NCBI GenBank assembly: GCA_012295275.1 | Contig: CM022676.1 | Span: 17,608,001-17,672,000, forward strand | DNA from: Chrysomallon squamiferum | Lineage: Eukaryota; Animalia; Mollusca | Direction of reading: 5' to 3' | DNA length: 64,000 bases | Part shown: piece after piece, positions 51,871 to 64,000 of the stretch | How the letters are laid out: each line of letters begins with the position of its first letter | Numbering within the stretch: position 1 is the stretch's first letter | Made by a program: the position numbers and the translations under genes | Notes under the pieces: model-generated | What the model was told of the DNA's origin: nothing | The model's input: only the letters and a program-made list of their open reading frames with translations | Databases searched by the model: none

Positions 51871-53093
51871 TTACACTAAAAATAACAAAGCAGGTATTTG
51901 TCCGTGTGTCACATCTGTACGAAGTTGTCTGTGACTGTGTTTAGATTTGTGTGACTTAGAAAATTTACAAACAAAAGAGTCTACAACAATTTCTGATTCA
52001 CCTTCAAGTCCCCACAATGAGTCTCTTCCCTTAACATTAACAAACAAGCTGAACTTAGTGTCTTTAGTAATCTTCAAAGGACGTCTGAACACGACGTCAT
52101 ACACGTCAGTCACTACGTGTTCGTATCTCTGTGTCAGTGTAGACCCGTCCAGTATTTTGTCTGTTCTTGTGTCGGTGACGAAGGCGCTAACGTCGTAGTT
52201 TCGTGGTTCACGGTCTCCGTACAACTGAAATCCGCCAAGTAAAGCGTCTTTGTTCACAGAGAAAGTAATGGCGTCATCTTCTTTACCAGAACATGACAAG
52301 TAACCAAAAAATGTACTACCAAACCTGTTTATTTTAATCTGTGATTTAGTTCTTATGTTTGAGTTAAAAGGTGAAACATCTTCATCTGGACAAAGGAAAT
52401 GTTTGAAAATTTTTAGTTCTTCTGTGTCAGTGAGTATGTGAGTGGGTGTCACGTGTTTTACAAAATACGTCTGATCCAGTAAAGGATAACGCACGTGCTT
52501 CACGACGTCTCCCAGTGCTTCACGCATGTTTTTTTCATTCGCCTCTCTTCCTTGCTTCCTGCACGCGCTGTCAGCCCACTTCAAAGCGGTTTCCAGAACA
52601 TTTTTCTCGTCTGCTGCCAGTTCGTCTGATCGTACGATCTCAGCCAGACATTCGTGACAAAGATCGGTGACTTCATCTGACTTCAAAACTTCGTCGCCAT
52701 TTTTCAAAATATAGTCCAGAGTGTTTTTCCTTAGATCATGTTCATCAAACAGGTGAGCTTGTTCCAGCACGACGCACGCATTCCGTGACGACAACGACGA
52801 CTCCAAATAGTTTACGCACTGATGTTCAAGTGTTGTGATGATGTACTTCCTCGATAGATACAGCAGACCGATGACGTTGTCGCCTGTTAGGACGACGTCA
52901 TCCATATAAAGATATCTGTGTAAAAGAAGTAGAGTAAAACTTTAAAAAGTGAGATAATTATGTGAGATTAATTAATTAAAAAACTGTTAGATTACTAACA
53001 AAAACTGTATTGTTATCAACGTTTCTGTTTGTGTGTATATCTCTCTTCCTCACTGTGTTCGTACGTGTGTGTATGTATGTGTGTGTGTGTGTA

Positions 53094-53133
<40 letters not shown>

Positions 53134-53397
53134 AACATACTTTAAAAACTGTGAGAAGATTTCTGCCTGCACATCCGGTATTTTGATATTGTTTTGTTCG
53201 CGAAGTTCTCCTGTGAACATCTGATGAAAAACTTCGCTTCGAATGATCAAAATGAATCGGTGAGCATCCACAGCTGTTTTATGTTCACCAACCAAAAATC
53301 TGACGTCCGTGTCAGTTCTTGTAAGAAAAACGTGCTGAATGCATTGCATCAGATTCTTTCCTGTCTGCCAACTTGAGATTCCAGCTGCGGTGGCCAT
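51871..53397 (-). CDS. BTB-BACK-PHR protein, copy C, 433 aa
   Basis: Exons 53397-53141 and 52915-51871; 1302 nt in frame; same motifs and splice sites as A and B. Confidence 0.95.
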
Positions 53398-53590
53398 GTT
53401 TTAACTACAAACAGAGGATAATAATAATAATGATAATACTAACAATAGCAATAATAATAATTATAATATAAAAACGATAATAACAATAACAATAACAGTA
53501 ATAATAATTATAATAACAACAACAATAATAATAATAACAATAATAAATAATTATAACAAGAACAACAATAATAATAACAATAATAATAAC

Positions 53591-53631
<41 letters not shown>

Positions 53632-53634
53632 GAA

Positions 53635-53665
<31 letters not shown>

Positions 53666-53884
53666 AAGAAGAAGAATATGCAGTAGTGACAGAAATGGAA
53701 AAAGAAACTGGTCAGACATGGAACTGTAATAATTCTACAAAAAAAAAATAATAAGTCAACTTAAATTAAAATGTTTTAATTAATTAATTATATAGTAATA
53801 ATAAAAAATAAATAAAAAGTAAAGTAATAAAAAAAAAAAAATAATAAATATCAATAAAATAAAAATTTGACATCAATAACTCAC

Positions 53885-53930
<46 letters not shown>

Positions 53931-55327
53931 TAACGTCATACTAAAAATAATTTAAAACTATTTCCCTGTACATATGACCTGTGCACGGACATATTCCAAA
54001 AAAAAAAAAAAAGTAATCAAACGAAGATAATTTCTAAAAGCTGACTACTTTTTGTTTAACGCCTCTACTACTGTACACTGAGATCAGAGGTCTAAAAATA
54101 AATCAATAACTAACTAACTAAGTAAATAAATAAAAATTAATTAATTAATAAAAAAAAAAAAGATAAGGAAAGAAAGAAATATATCGGATAGATAAAGGAT
54201 AAAAAGAAATACCTTGTGCTTATGATAATCATTACTATGATGATGACGAAGACACAAATAATTATTATTATAATTATCATTATTATTATAAACAGAGGTG
54301 AGTGGTCAGTCAGGTAAGAAATATAATATAATGTAATATAATATAATATATAGGGCCTAAATATAAACCTAAAAAAAAAAAAAATAATAATAATCATTGT
54401 TCAAATATTAACACTTCTACTCATCACTTGAAGAAATAATTTTAATTTTTAATTTGTGTTTATTTTTATATATTTTTTTAAAGTTATTTATGTGTTTCAC
54501 TTATTCCTTTTTATTTGATTATTTATTTGTATTTATTTTCTTTCTTTCTTTATTTTAATTTTATTTTAATTCATCAAATAAAATAGAGTATAAAATAATA
54601 CAACTATGACGGTAAACTGTTTTTTACCTCACGCAGTAGAGACCTTAACTATACCCTAATAGGATCCTTGATTAAGCTGTGGAAAGATTTTTCAGCGATA
54701 TTTAGATGTACTGTCTTCTGTGATGTTTAAGTTAGAAAATTGGTCCTAACTGATTTATTAAACCACGGATTTATGCCTACTTGTAGAATCCGCTGGTAGC
54801 TATTTATCCTTTTTACTTATTATAATATTTCATATTGTTGTACAATTAAGATACAGTTTTTGATAATATCGGTAACATAATGATTATTTACTTAAACAGT
54901 TTACTTTAATACAGTCTAAGATATCATAGCTAAACTATATGCATCGTTAAAGTAAGTGAATATGTTGCCCATTCATTTCTACAAAAATTCCTAACAGTAT
55001 ATATTAATCAAATATGTATTGTTAGTTAACAGTAATCCAATTAATGAAATCTTTTAACAGTTAACTATCATTAGCGAGAGACAAAAGGAATTTGTCTCGG
55101 CTCCGCCATTGATACGCATTAAGTTTATTTAAGTAAGAGACAAAAGAGCCCGGGGGGTGAATCAAAGAAAAGACAAAGACACAGAGAACGCGTGGGACGG
55201 TGGAGTTCGCGGCCATTATTAGGCAACCATGTTGGTAACTAGATTTTGCTTATCCTTGTTTAAGTCTGAAGCAGGGACAAATGGTTACCCTGTTTAATGT
55301 GCTAAATAGATAAGTTTCTACAATATC

Positions 55328-55397
<70 letters not shown>

Positions 55398-57282
55398 GTT
55401 CTAGACATTCCTAGTAGTAAATGTTTGCCAATACATTCAAATATGTGTTACTCTAAGAAACATACAAAAGTGCATAAAGATAAAAATAATTTAAAACTGC
55501 ATATGTTTGCATTTTCTGTCGCTAAATTGTTATGATATATTTACAGAATGTCTGAAGTTGTTTACATAATCAAAAGATGTGGATTAAATCGTTACTAGGC
55601 ATATTACAAAATAAAAATTTCTCTGAACCTTTTATACCATATAATACCAATTACTTATTTGTTGTTAAGATAAATAACACGATCTCGTACTGAAAATATC
55701 TAAGACGAGTGTGTGTAGTTACTTTGAGTGGAAGAAGATAACACGTATATATAACACGTATACATAACACATTTATTTCAGTAGGGATTCGTGCATATCA
55801 ACGATTTTGTTTTGCTGTAGACTGACTCAAAAGCAAAAATGAGTGAAGCGCTAGATTGTAAATGATCACTAAAAAAGAGATAATGTCTTGGTTTAAACAC
55901 ACTTGTAACCAACGATATTTTAGTGCATTACAACATAACATTCATTGCTCTTAAATCACTAGTTTTAAAATCGCGAATTAATATTTGTTCTATATTATCG
56001 GGTTTTTCATTCCAAATGATCTGAAAGAAACGCGTTTGTAATTTATTATTATTATTTTTTTTTTTTTTTTAATTAGTATTATATATTGTTAGAATGGAAT
56101 AAACAGTATATAATGAACACCAATATGGTTTACTGCTCTTTTACTTTATACTTGTGAAAGGAGATCTGGATATTACGAGCACACAAATATTTTAGTATGT
56201 GTGTGTGCATGTGTGTGTGTGTGGAAATATGTTCCTAACAGTGAATATTCAGTTATATTAAGAACTTTTGATTATACTGCACACAGAATATTCAGCAAGA
56301 CACTAGCACAGGAGAACAAAATCCAATCATGACGTCTCAAATGTGGATGTGTGTGTGTGTGCGTGTGTGTGTGGGAGTGTGTGTGTGCGTGTGTGTGTGT
56401 GTGTGAGACAAACCGCAAATCCCATCCCACAATACATGTTACAATGATACTTGTTACACAGACATGTTGTTGTAACTAACAAAATAATTATGTAACGCAG
56501 TCTACTACTACTACTACTATTACATATTTATACTACTACCACTATTCCATATTATTGATACCACTACTACTATAATTGCAACCATTAACCCTAGTACACC
56601 AATATGACATCTACTATAATTACAACAATTATTAATACTATTACTACTACTACAAGATTACCTTCTTTCTTTGAAATAAATACTTGTGTAAGTCAGTTGA
56701 GTGAGATATTATCTGAGCAGCTTTCAGTGTTCAGTAATCGTTTGTTTTCACTGATTTAGCAAATCTTAAGAAAAATTATAAAAATAAATAAATAAAGACA
56801 TAAATAAACACAAACAAATACAGAATAATAAACAGGACAGATTTTGAAGACAATGTGTACTGTTGTATTAAGAATATGTTTTTTAATATTATACAGTAGA
56901 TGCTTGATTATCAGCTAATAGAGGCGAAATGTGTCCACTGTTGTTCAACAAATAATAACAAAAATAATTTTTTCAAAACGATAAATATGAAATATTAAAT
57001 GATAATAAATATTAAAGTAAAATATATTGCTTAAGATTTACAAGTCAATTATGTATATTTTTCTTTTCTTTAATTCTCATGAAGAAATAACTTAGAATAT
57101 TTTCACAGAGATTATTTCAAGATAAGTAAATGAAGAAAAACAAAGAAATTTAACGTGTGTGTGAAGATATGTGCATGTTTGAATGTACATATATATATGT
57201 GTATATGTACATATGTATGTATGTATGTATGTGGTGACTGAAATCATTTATCTAAATTAGCATTTACTATTATTATTAGTAT

Positions 57283-57317
<35 letters not shown>

Positions 57318-58653
57318 AGATAAGATAGCAAAATAGTTTGAACTCGGTAAATCATCATTTTATTAATATTGTTTTTTTCACTTTGTTCTTAAATTTCTTA
57401 ACATAATGCGTCGAAATAGTCTACTGTAGTAAAGAATCCACAGATGTTTAGTAAAGCACTGGCTGAAGTACTGCTCGAATGTGGTGCACTCTCTAATATG
57501 GGGAAATTAATGCATAACCACGACCTAGGAAATCCATATCTTGCAACAATAATTATGAACATTAAACATTATCATCGAATGATTACATTTTTACTTTATT
57601 TACTTCAGTAAAATATTTTACATAATTTTGATTGCATTTTACTTATATGTGCTTATTTATGAAGCTCGTGTAAGGGGAGATAACTTGTTGTTTAATGTGA
57701 CAATGGTTGTTTTTTCTTTCGAGGGGAGGAATTATCCATTATTTTATTATTATTTCCCAGTTAAAATGATTATTAACATAATTTAATTGTTAATGCCAGG
57801 TCTCTCAAATGTTTACTTTTGGTACTAATTGTGGATACTGTTTGTTTTTATTTTTCTTACTGACTAGTCCTTAATAACTTTACTATAATGATTAAGACTA
57901 ATGTTTCAATAATTAAACTAACCTATACGTTTTCACCTAATTTAATTGTCCATTTGTTTATTTAAAATAGTCCAGTAGCTACATAAAACATATTTAATAT
58001 TAATCTTGTACAAGTGTTTTTATTGTTTTATTATTTTGTTTCATTTCAGCTTATTAGTATATTTAAACAAAACTGTTACATTATGTTTTTGCTAAAACGT
58101 TGTAGGAATTTGGAATATAATAATTGAATATTTAAGATTTTTATAGAAAATTTGAATATTTTATCAAATGATTTGCTGTTTTTAACATGTAGATGTAATT
58201 GCCATCTCGGACTGCTCATGAAAATTTTTTATTTTTACATTTTTAAATAAACATCTAGCACATATAAAATAAGAAATTAATTTTAAGAATGTCATTTATT
58301 TTAAATATATTTTTTTCATATTATTACTAAGCTATAAACAGTACAATAACTTTGAATTTATATATAAGCTTTTGTGAAGTAATTTGAAATCAGAGCTGTG
58401 ATCTAATAAATTATATATTCTGCTGTTGATATGTCATTTATGCATGAATAAAAAACTTCAGATTTGTATTTTGTAAACACAGATGTGAATACCTTCACTG
58501 TGTAGCAAATAAATACCTCAGTTAGCAAACCATAAAACAAAATATTTCACTTTTGATTTGATCATAGAATTTTGAAATAAATGAAACTGTGACATTATGA
58601 ACTTAAAGAATTAAAATATACTGTTAATTAGAATAAATGCTAAATCTTGATCA

Positions 58654-58690
<37 letters not shown>

Positions 58691-59904
58691 CCTCTCAGTA
58701 GTTATTTAGAGATATCAGTTTGTTTAATGAGGGTTACCAAACTGTCAGATTTCAACTAAATATAATCATTGGAGGCTAAACTTTATAATGAAGTTTTGTA
58801 ACAGAACTGAAGTCTTTTAATCATAAATGTAATAATTTTTATAACTATACTTAAGTTATACATTATTGACAAGTTGTATCACTAAGTAGAAGTCTTACAA
58901 ATACAAGAAAGTTTTATTATTAAACTAGAGTCATATAAATTGAAAACAAAACTAAATAATTAAAATGAATCTTTTAACTCACCTTCTATAAACTCTACTG
59001 GTTTGCTGTTTACATTATCCAGAACAAACAAACTTTGTCTGTTTTATGCTAATTTGTTTCAGAAATCACATACCAGGTCTGCCAGTTACAATAACAATGT
59101 CACTGATGCTGCTTGTTGCTGTACAAGTGGCTGGGACTGAATGACACTGGCTGCTTGCAACGAACTTGTTGTCTGATACGGACACTGTTTCACATTAACT
59201 GCCGATGTCACCGATGCAGCCTGCTGCTGCTATACAACTGACTGCATCTGAGTGAATAAAAAATAAAAATTATAAAAAATTAAAAATCACAAAAGAGTAT
59301 GGTCATAAAGATTCCACTGATGGCATTTCTTAAACAGAAAACTACACATAAAATGAAAACAATTTCAAATGTTTTACCTCAGCTATATACTGTATTTTAT
59401 ATCTTTAGTCCACTTACCATCTCCTTGATTAATACCTGTTATTTGAGTGTCTGTGTCAACAAAGATGTCTAAATCAAATTATAATTCTCTATGTTAATAT
59501 TTACACTGCTTCGTTAACATTTTAAGACAAAAGTCAGTCACACTTTGAGAAATACTAATGAAAACTCACACACAGATACACCCACACACAAACACAACTG
59601 ATAGGGTTTACCTTCATATTCTTGGTTACTGCATATTTCTGTAAAGTGAAAACATGTTAAAAGTAAATTCATTTTACTTATATCTGAATAGAAATGTGAT
59701 TTCTTTTTTTCTACAAGTTATAATAGAAGAAGCATTTGCTCGTAGTCCGATATGTTTCACGTGTCGGCTTACATTAATTTGCCAACATTTAAAAATAAAT
59801 ATATATATATATTTTTTAACTAAAATAGCCATACAAAATTTGTCCTAGTCATTCAAATGAATTCATAAGAAATGTTCAAACAAACTTTGACAAAAATGGA
59901 ATTA

Positions 59905-59944
<40 letters not shown>

Positions 59945-60255
59945 TTTGCGGGTAACTAACCCTAGTGGAACTGAAAAGGAAAATCAATAGCAAATTCTAG
60001 GTTATAGCGTTATCTCCCATGACTAATTGCTCAGTCAACCAACCGATAATTCTTTAACCTAACGGTTTAATAGTTCCCTAGAAATGTTCGCTGGTGTGAC
60101 CTTAGCCAATTAATGTTCGAATGGAAGAAGAAAAACAATAGCAAATACTTCGTTACAGATTTATCTCCTACGATTACTTGTTCCGTTAACAAACCGATAA
60201 CTTTAACATATCGGGCTGGAAGTGCTCGCTGGCTTCATTGCAGCATTAGTGTTTA
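59945..60255. mobile_element. Short element with two diverged ~145-bp internal repeats (possibly Helentron/HINE-like)
   Basis: caatagcaaat..gtta..ttatctcc..aaccgataa..tttaac occurs at ~59985 and ~60135; classification is inference only. Confidence 0.35.
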
Positions 60256-60599
60256 TAAATATAAGTTGGCAGATTAAGGTAAGCCGATACGTTCAGCTTA
60301 TGGAACTACAAGCAGTTATTTTATGTGAAATAAATACTTGCGATAAAATTATTAACAGTGGCTCTTATGTTATAACCTGTAGAAAACATAATAATAATAA
60401 TAATAATAAATTAAATTAAATTAAATTAACACAATATAAAACACATTGTAGTTTCAAATTAGTTACCTCAAAATTTCTGATAATTTCTGTTTAACTCTGC
60501 TATTGATCACAGAGATCAGGGATTTATAAATAAACAAATATATATATAAATAAATAAATAAAATGACATAAAGTAAAGCGAAGTAATCAGATATTCTAG

Positions 60600-60940
60600 A
60601 GATACCGCACCAATTATCCGGCGTCCTGAAATCCCGAAAGACAAGAAAACCGGAACTTTTCCCAACGCAATTTTCATACAATGCGCGCACGGGTTTTGTC
60701 CTCACGAGACTGGTACTACTCTTTCAAGCCGCGTGGTGTTCATTCACACGCCGTATTGTTTACGTGTCGAGCTCTCACAGTTGTGTATCGTCAATTTTCT
60801 TTCTTTATTTATTAATTTTGAAATGTTTATGCCTAATTATTCAGGAATTTAGATGCCTTGGGACCAGAAAACCGGAAAATCCAGAAATTCCGAATGCCTC
60901 AGGCCCCAAGGAGTCCCGATAATTGGTCCGGTACTTCTAT
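60600..60940 (-). promoter_or_regulatory. Putative promoter of BTB copy C
   Basis: Paralogue of 11560-11900, with CCGGAA sites retained. Confidence 0.45.
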
Positions 60941-61530
60941 TTAGGTGATAGTATTACAACTACTGCTACTGCAACTACTACTACTACTACTACAAGAATA
61001 ATAGTAATTATTATAATGACGATACCATTATTAGTTTTATTTCTTATTCTTATTTTTTTATTTAATATTATTGTTGTTGGTGTTGTTATTATCAACTATT
61101 CTTCGATATTCCCCATAAACCAGTATGTTAGGTTTAAAAAAAAAAAAAAAAAAAAAAAACGCGTTGAAGAAAATTCACACAAAAAATGTATAGCCTTTAC
61201 AAAATAGATTACAAGTTCAAAATGTCTGATCTGATTTAAGTAAAAGTAATAATAGTACGGCATATATCAAATTACAATAAAATACACAATACCTTCAAAT
61301 TTCAAAATGTCCGTCTGCCTAAGAAAGTACGTCCTTGCTAGGTGAGTGTTTTCCTGGAACTGACAACGTCCTGTTTGACAGGTCACTGAAATATCTTCTG
61401 TGTATCGCTGTTTACAATGTCGTCTGCTCATAAACACGTGACTGAAATCAGATGTCGTAGAGGTCACGCCACCTTTAGCGGTAAATAAATGCACATATTT
61501 ATTACATACAATGCGTGCCGTGTAATGTAA

Positions 61531-62365
61531 CAGACGAAGTATTGGAGCTTGATGTTTATCAAATATCCACGATCTGTATGTTTTTTTCGTAATTCCAAAT
61601 ATCATCCCTAATGTAGTCTGGATGAATTATCTGTTCTTCTATCTTCTTACTTGTTTTTGGTGGTGGTATATAATGTTATAACGGATAACACGCTGGTAAA
61701 AATTGCATTAATCCAGACAAAATCGAAGGTAATAATATTTACTTATAATTTGTCGAACTTTCAGAAATCTATGAATATCTCCAATAATCGAAATATATTG
61801 ATCTACAATAGATCCAAAATCGTCTGCTTCAGATGCTTCTCGACAGCGACTTGATATTCTTATAGTGATGAGTCCGTATAAAAGTTTTAAATAATCTTCG
61901 TAATATATATCACACTGACGACATGATAATATTAGTCTATCTTCAATATAAATAATAAACTGGTGATATCGTTCAATGTGAAAATATAACTGTGTACAGG
62001 AAGGCCGAACAATCTATTTTGTTTTATTTCACGATTTTAAATATAAATCCACACACTCGTTAATATTTAGCATATAAAATAAATAATTTAATAAAATAAA
62101 CATTTGTATAAAATTAAAAAATTGAATTACATAATTTATAAAAATAAACATGATGTCATTATTGCAGGAAGTTATATATAATTCTTATAGTGTTGCAGGA
62201 TATTATGCAAATTCCGAAAATGGCGGCTTCTACAGATAATCGCCATGTTGGGAGATAACTCTAAATCGATTGCACGACATCGATCGCTTGACTAGAAGTT
62301 GTTTTCGTATGTTGCTCGTCCGAGATCGGATGGTGTCGTGGTTAGCGTTCACGCTCGCTACGCTC
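61531..62365 (-). mobile_element. Unclassified element fragment with decayed ORF and promoter-like block
   Basis: Similarity to duplicate A stops abruptly at 61530; ~100 stop-free codons at ~62012-61712 (YIEDRLILSCRQCDIYYEDYLKLL..); TATA, ATGCAAAT and AAATGGCGG motifs at 62165-62230; cgctcgctacgctcg at ~62352-62366. Confidence 0.4.
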
Positions 62366-62640
62366 GAAATAGAAGGGCTATTAATAATAACAATAGTAGT
62401 AGTGGTTCTGGAAATAGTAGGGCTAGTAATAATAATAGTAGTACTGGAAATAGAAGGGCTACTAATAATAGTAGTACTGGAAATAGAAGGGCTATTAGTA
62501 ATAACAATAGTAGTAGTGGTTCTGGAAATAGAAGGGCTAGTAATAACAGTAGTACTGGAAACAGAAGGGCTAGTAATAACAGTAGTACTGGAAATAGTAG
62601 GGCTACTACTAATAGTAATAGTGGTACTGGAAATAGTACG
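62365..62640. repeat. 33-45 bp minisatellite, ~8 units
   Basis: ggaaatagaagggcta..taataa..agtagtact repeated with variable triplet spacers. Confidence 0.9.
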
Positions 62641-62759
62641 GTAGTAATGATAGTAAATCTGTGCCCCATATTCATGATGTATTTAATACTAATTAGTCAT
62701 AATACATGTCCTATTGAAAACGTAATATATTTCAAGTCTGCACCAGCTGGGATTTACCT

Positions 62760-63443
62760 CAACGTTTTCTTTGACTGCATCCACCGGTTCTGCTGTAGCA
62801 TTCAATTGAACTGCTTATTTGGTTTTGCTTTTGTCACCTTTGTTTTCTTTCCCTTTTCTTCCTCCTCTTTCTTCTTCTCTGTCAGCTCTTCTTCATACCT
62901 CTTGACACTTTCTTATTCTGTCAATGCCTCGGAATAAGTCATCCTCTTGATTTTATTTGAAGTCCGACAGATGAACCGTGGACTTTCAGTTGCTTCAAAC
63001 AACTTAAATAAACTTAGAATGGACTATATCAATGCCAAAACTATAGATTTTTGCCACTCAATATGAGGGCCAGAATTCGCCGAAGTTGTGGAGTAAAAGA
63101 AAAGACAATTGTCTTGCCTAATTGCCACATTTTACTCAAGTTTCTTCTGCTGAACATAAACATTGGTTACCTGTTATGACTAACTTTATTTGTATAGGAC
63201 TAAAAAAATAGCTCTCAGTTTTGAAACCTTAAAATTCACTTTTTTACAAACTTGTTGTTTTCATTATTTTCATGGCCACCATACTTCACGTATAAAATGG
63301 CTGATTAACTACATTGTTTGTTCCAATGAGAGATAGGAAGGTTCTGTTTATATCAACAAAGTTCCAGAAATCGGGACAGAGCAGTATAGCGGTTGCAATT
63401 CATAATATACCTCGGGGCCAGAATTTCCCCACCTTTCCCTATA
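62760..63443 (-). mobile_element. Possible second pogo-like remnant
   Basis: Minus strand KIKRMTYSEALTE*ESVKRYEEELTEKKKEEEEK resembles the charged C-terminus of pogo-like transposases; TIR-like TAGGGAAAGGTGGGGAAA at ~63424-63441. Confidence 0.35.
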
Positions 63444-63909
63444 TACATATATTCAGACACAGAAACACAGACACCGACAAAAAAAAACGCACACAAACAC
63501 ACACACAGATACACACGTCAGACGTGCACCCCAGTACTATATCACAGTTTTAACTGCAGGTTTTTAATGCAAGCTACGAGTTGTCATCTGCACATCATTA
63601 TCAGAACATCAGAGCGTTTCACGCAGCCACGATACAGTCCACACACAAACTCTTCAGCACGTAGATATACATAACGCAAACATACGCACACTTAAATCAA
63701 CATCGCGCGAGGTGAAACTGCCGCATCAGTGAACTGGTTCAATGGTCTCTTATGATAATAGCGTAACATTTAGCTGTGTTAAGTACCTAACAACCGCACC
63801 TAGCTGTTTGTAAACAGCTGATGTAGAATTGGTTTTCCCTTCAGGAGAATCACGCTTTTATTGTTCCTGAATTGATCTTTTGTCGTCAGAGGGCGCAATG
63901 TGACCTGTC

Positions 63910-63990
63910 GTAGTTCTTTACAAGTAGTAGTTCTTTACAAGTAGTAGTTCTTTACGAGTAGTAGTTCTTTACAAGTAGTAGTTCTTTACA
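63910..63990. repeat. 17-bp tandem repeat AGTAGTAGTTCTTTACA x ~4.8
   Basis: Directly visible; one substitution among units. Confidence 0.95.
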
Positions 63991-64000
63991 AGCGGTCTCG

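Larger units (their letters stand above)
47864..61530. repeat. Segmental duplicate C
   Basis: Colinear with 1-9675 and 11270-12500; interrupted by unrelated sequence at ~54325-60385. Confidence 0.85.

Noticed and set aside
62270-62937. ORFs of 105-212 aa
   Set aside because: Read-through of the minisatellite and a low-complexity antisense tract.

Overview
Eukaryotic, AT-rich, extremely microsatellite-rich DNA with GT-AG spliced genes. The gene families suggest an invertebrate, probably a mollusc (inference). Contents: (1) three intact minus-strand BTB-BACK-PHR (BTBD1/2/3/6-like) paralogues, each in its own 9-14 kb segmental duplicate, with near-identical frameworks but hypervariable PHR loops; (2) an 8-exon, 488-aa type I membrane protein with two atypical Cys-rich Ig-like domains and a tail of repeated YxxV/YxxP motifs; (3) a broken secreted-protein gene (uncharacterised N-domain + VWA + two chitin-binding-type-2-like domains) interrupted by a ~2.4 kb GC-richer element. 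That element has a 46-bp repeat array at one end, a compact internal promoter (CRE, ETS-CRE, AP-1, CCAAT, TATA) and two frameshifted orphan ORFs; (4) decayed pogo and Tc1 transposases, a hAT-type MITE whose empty site survives in a paralogue, orphan exons and unresolved element termini near the right edge. Most ORF-track entries are microsatellite artefacts. All calls were made by eye; no searches were run.
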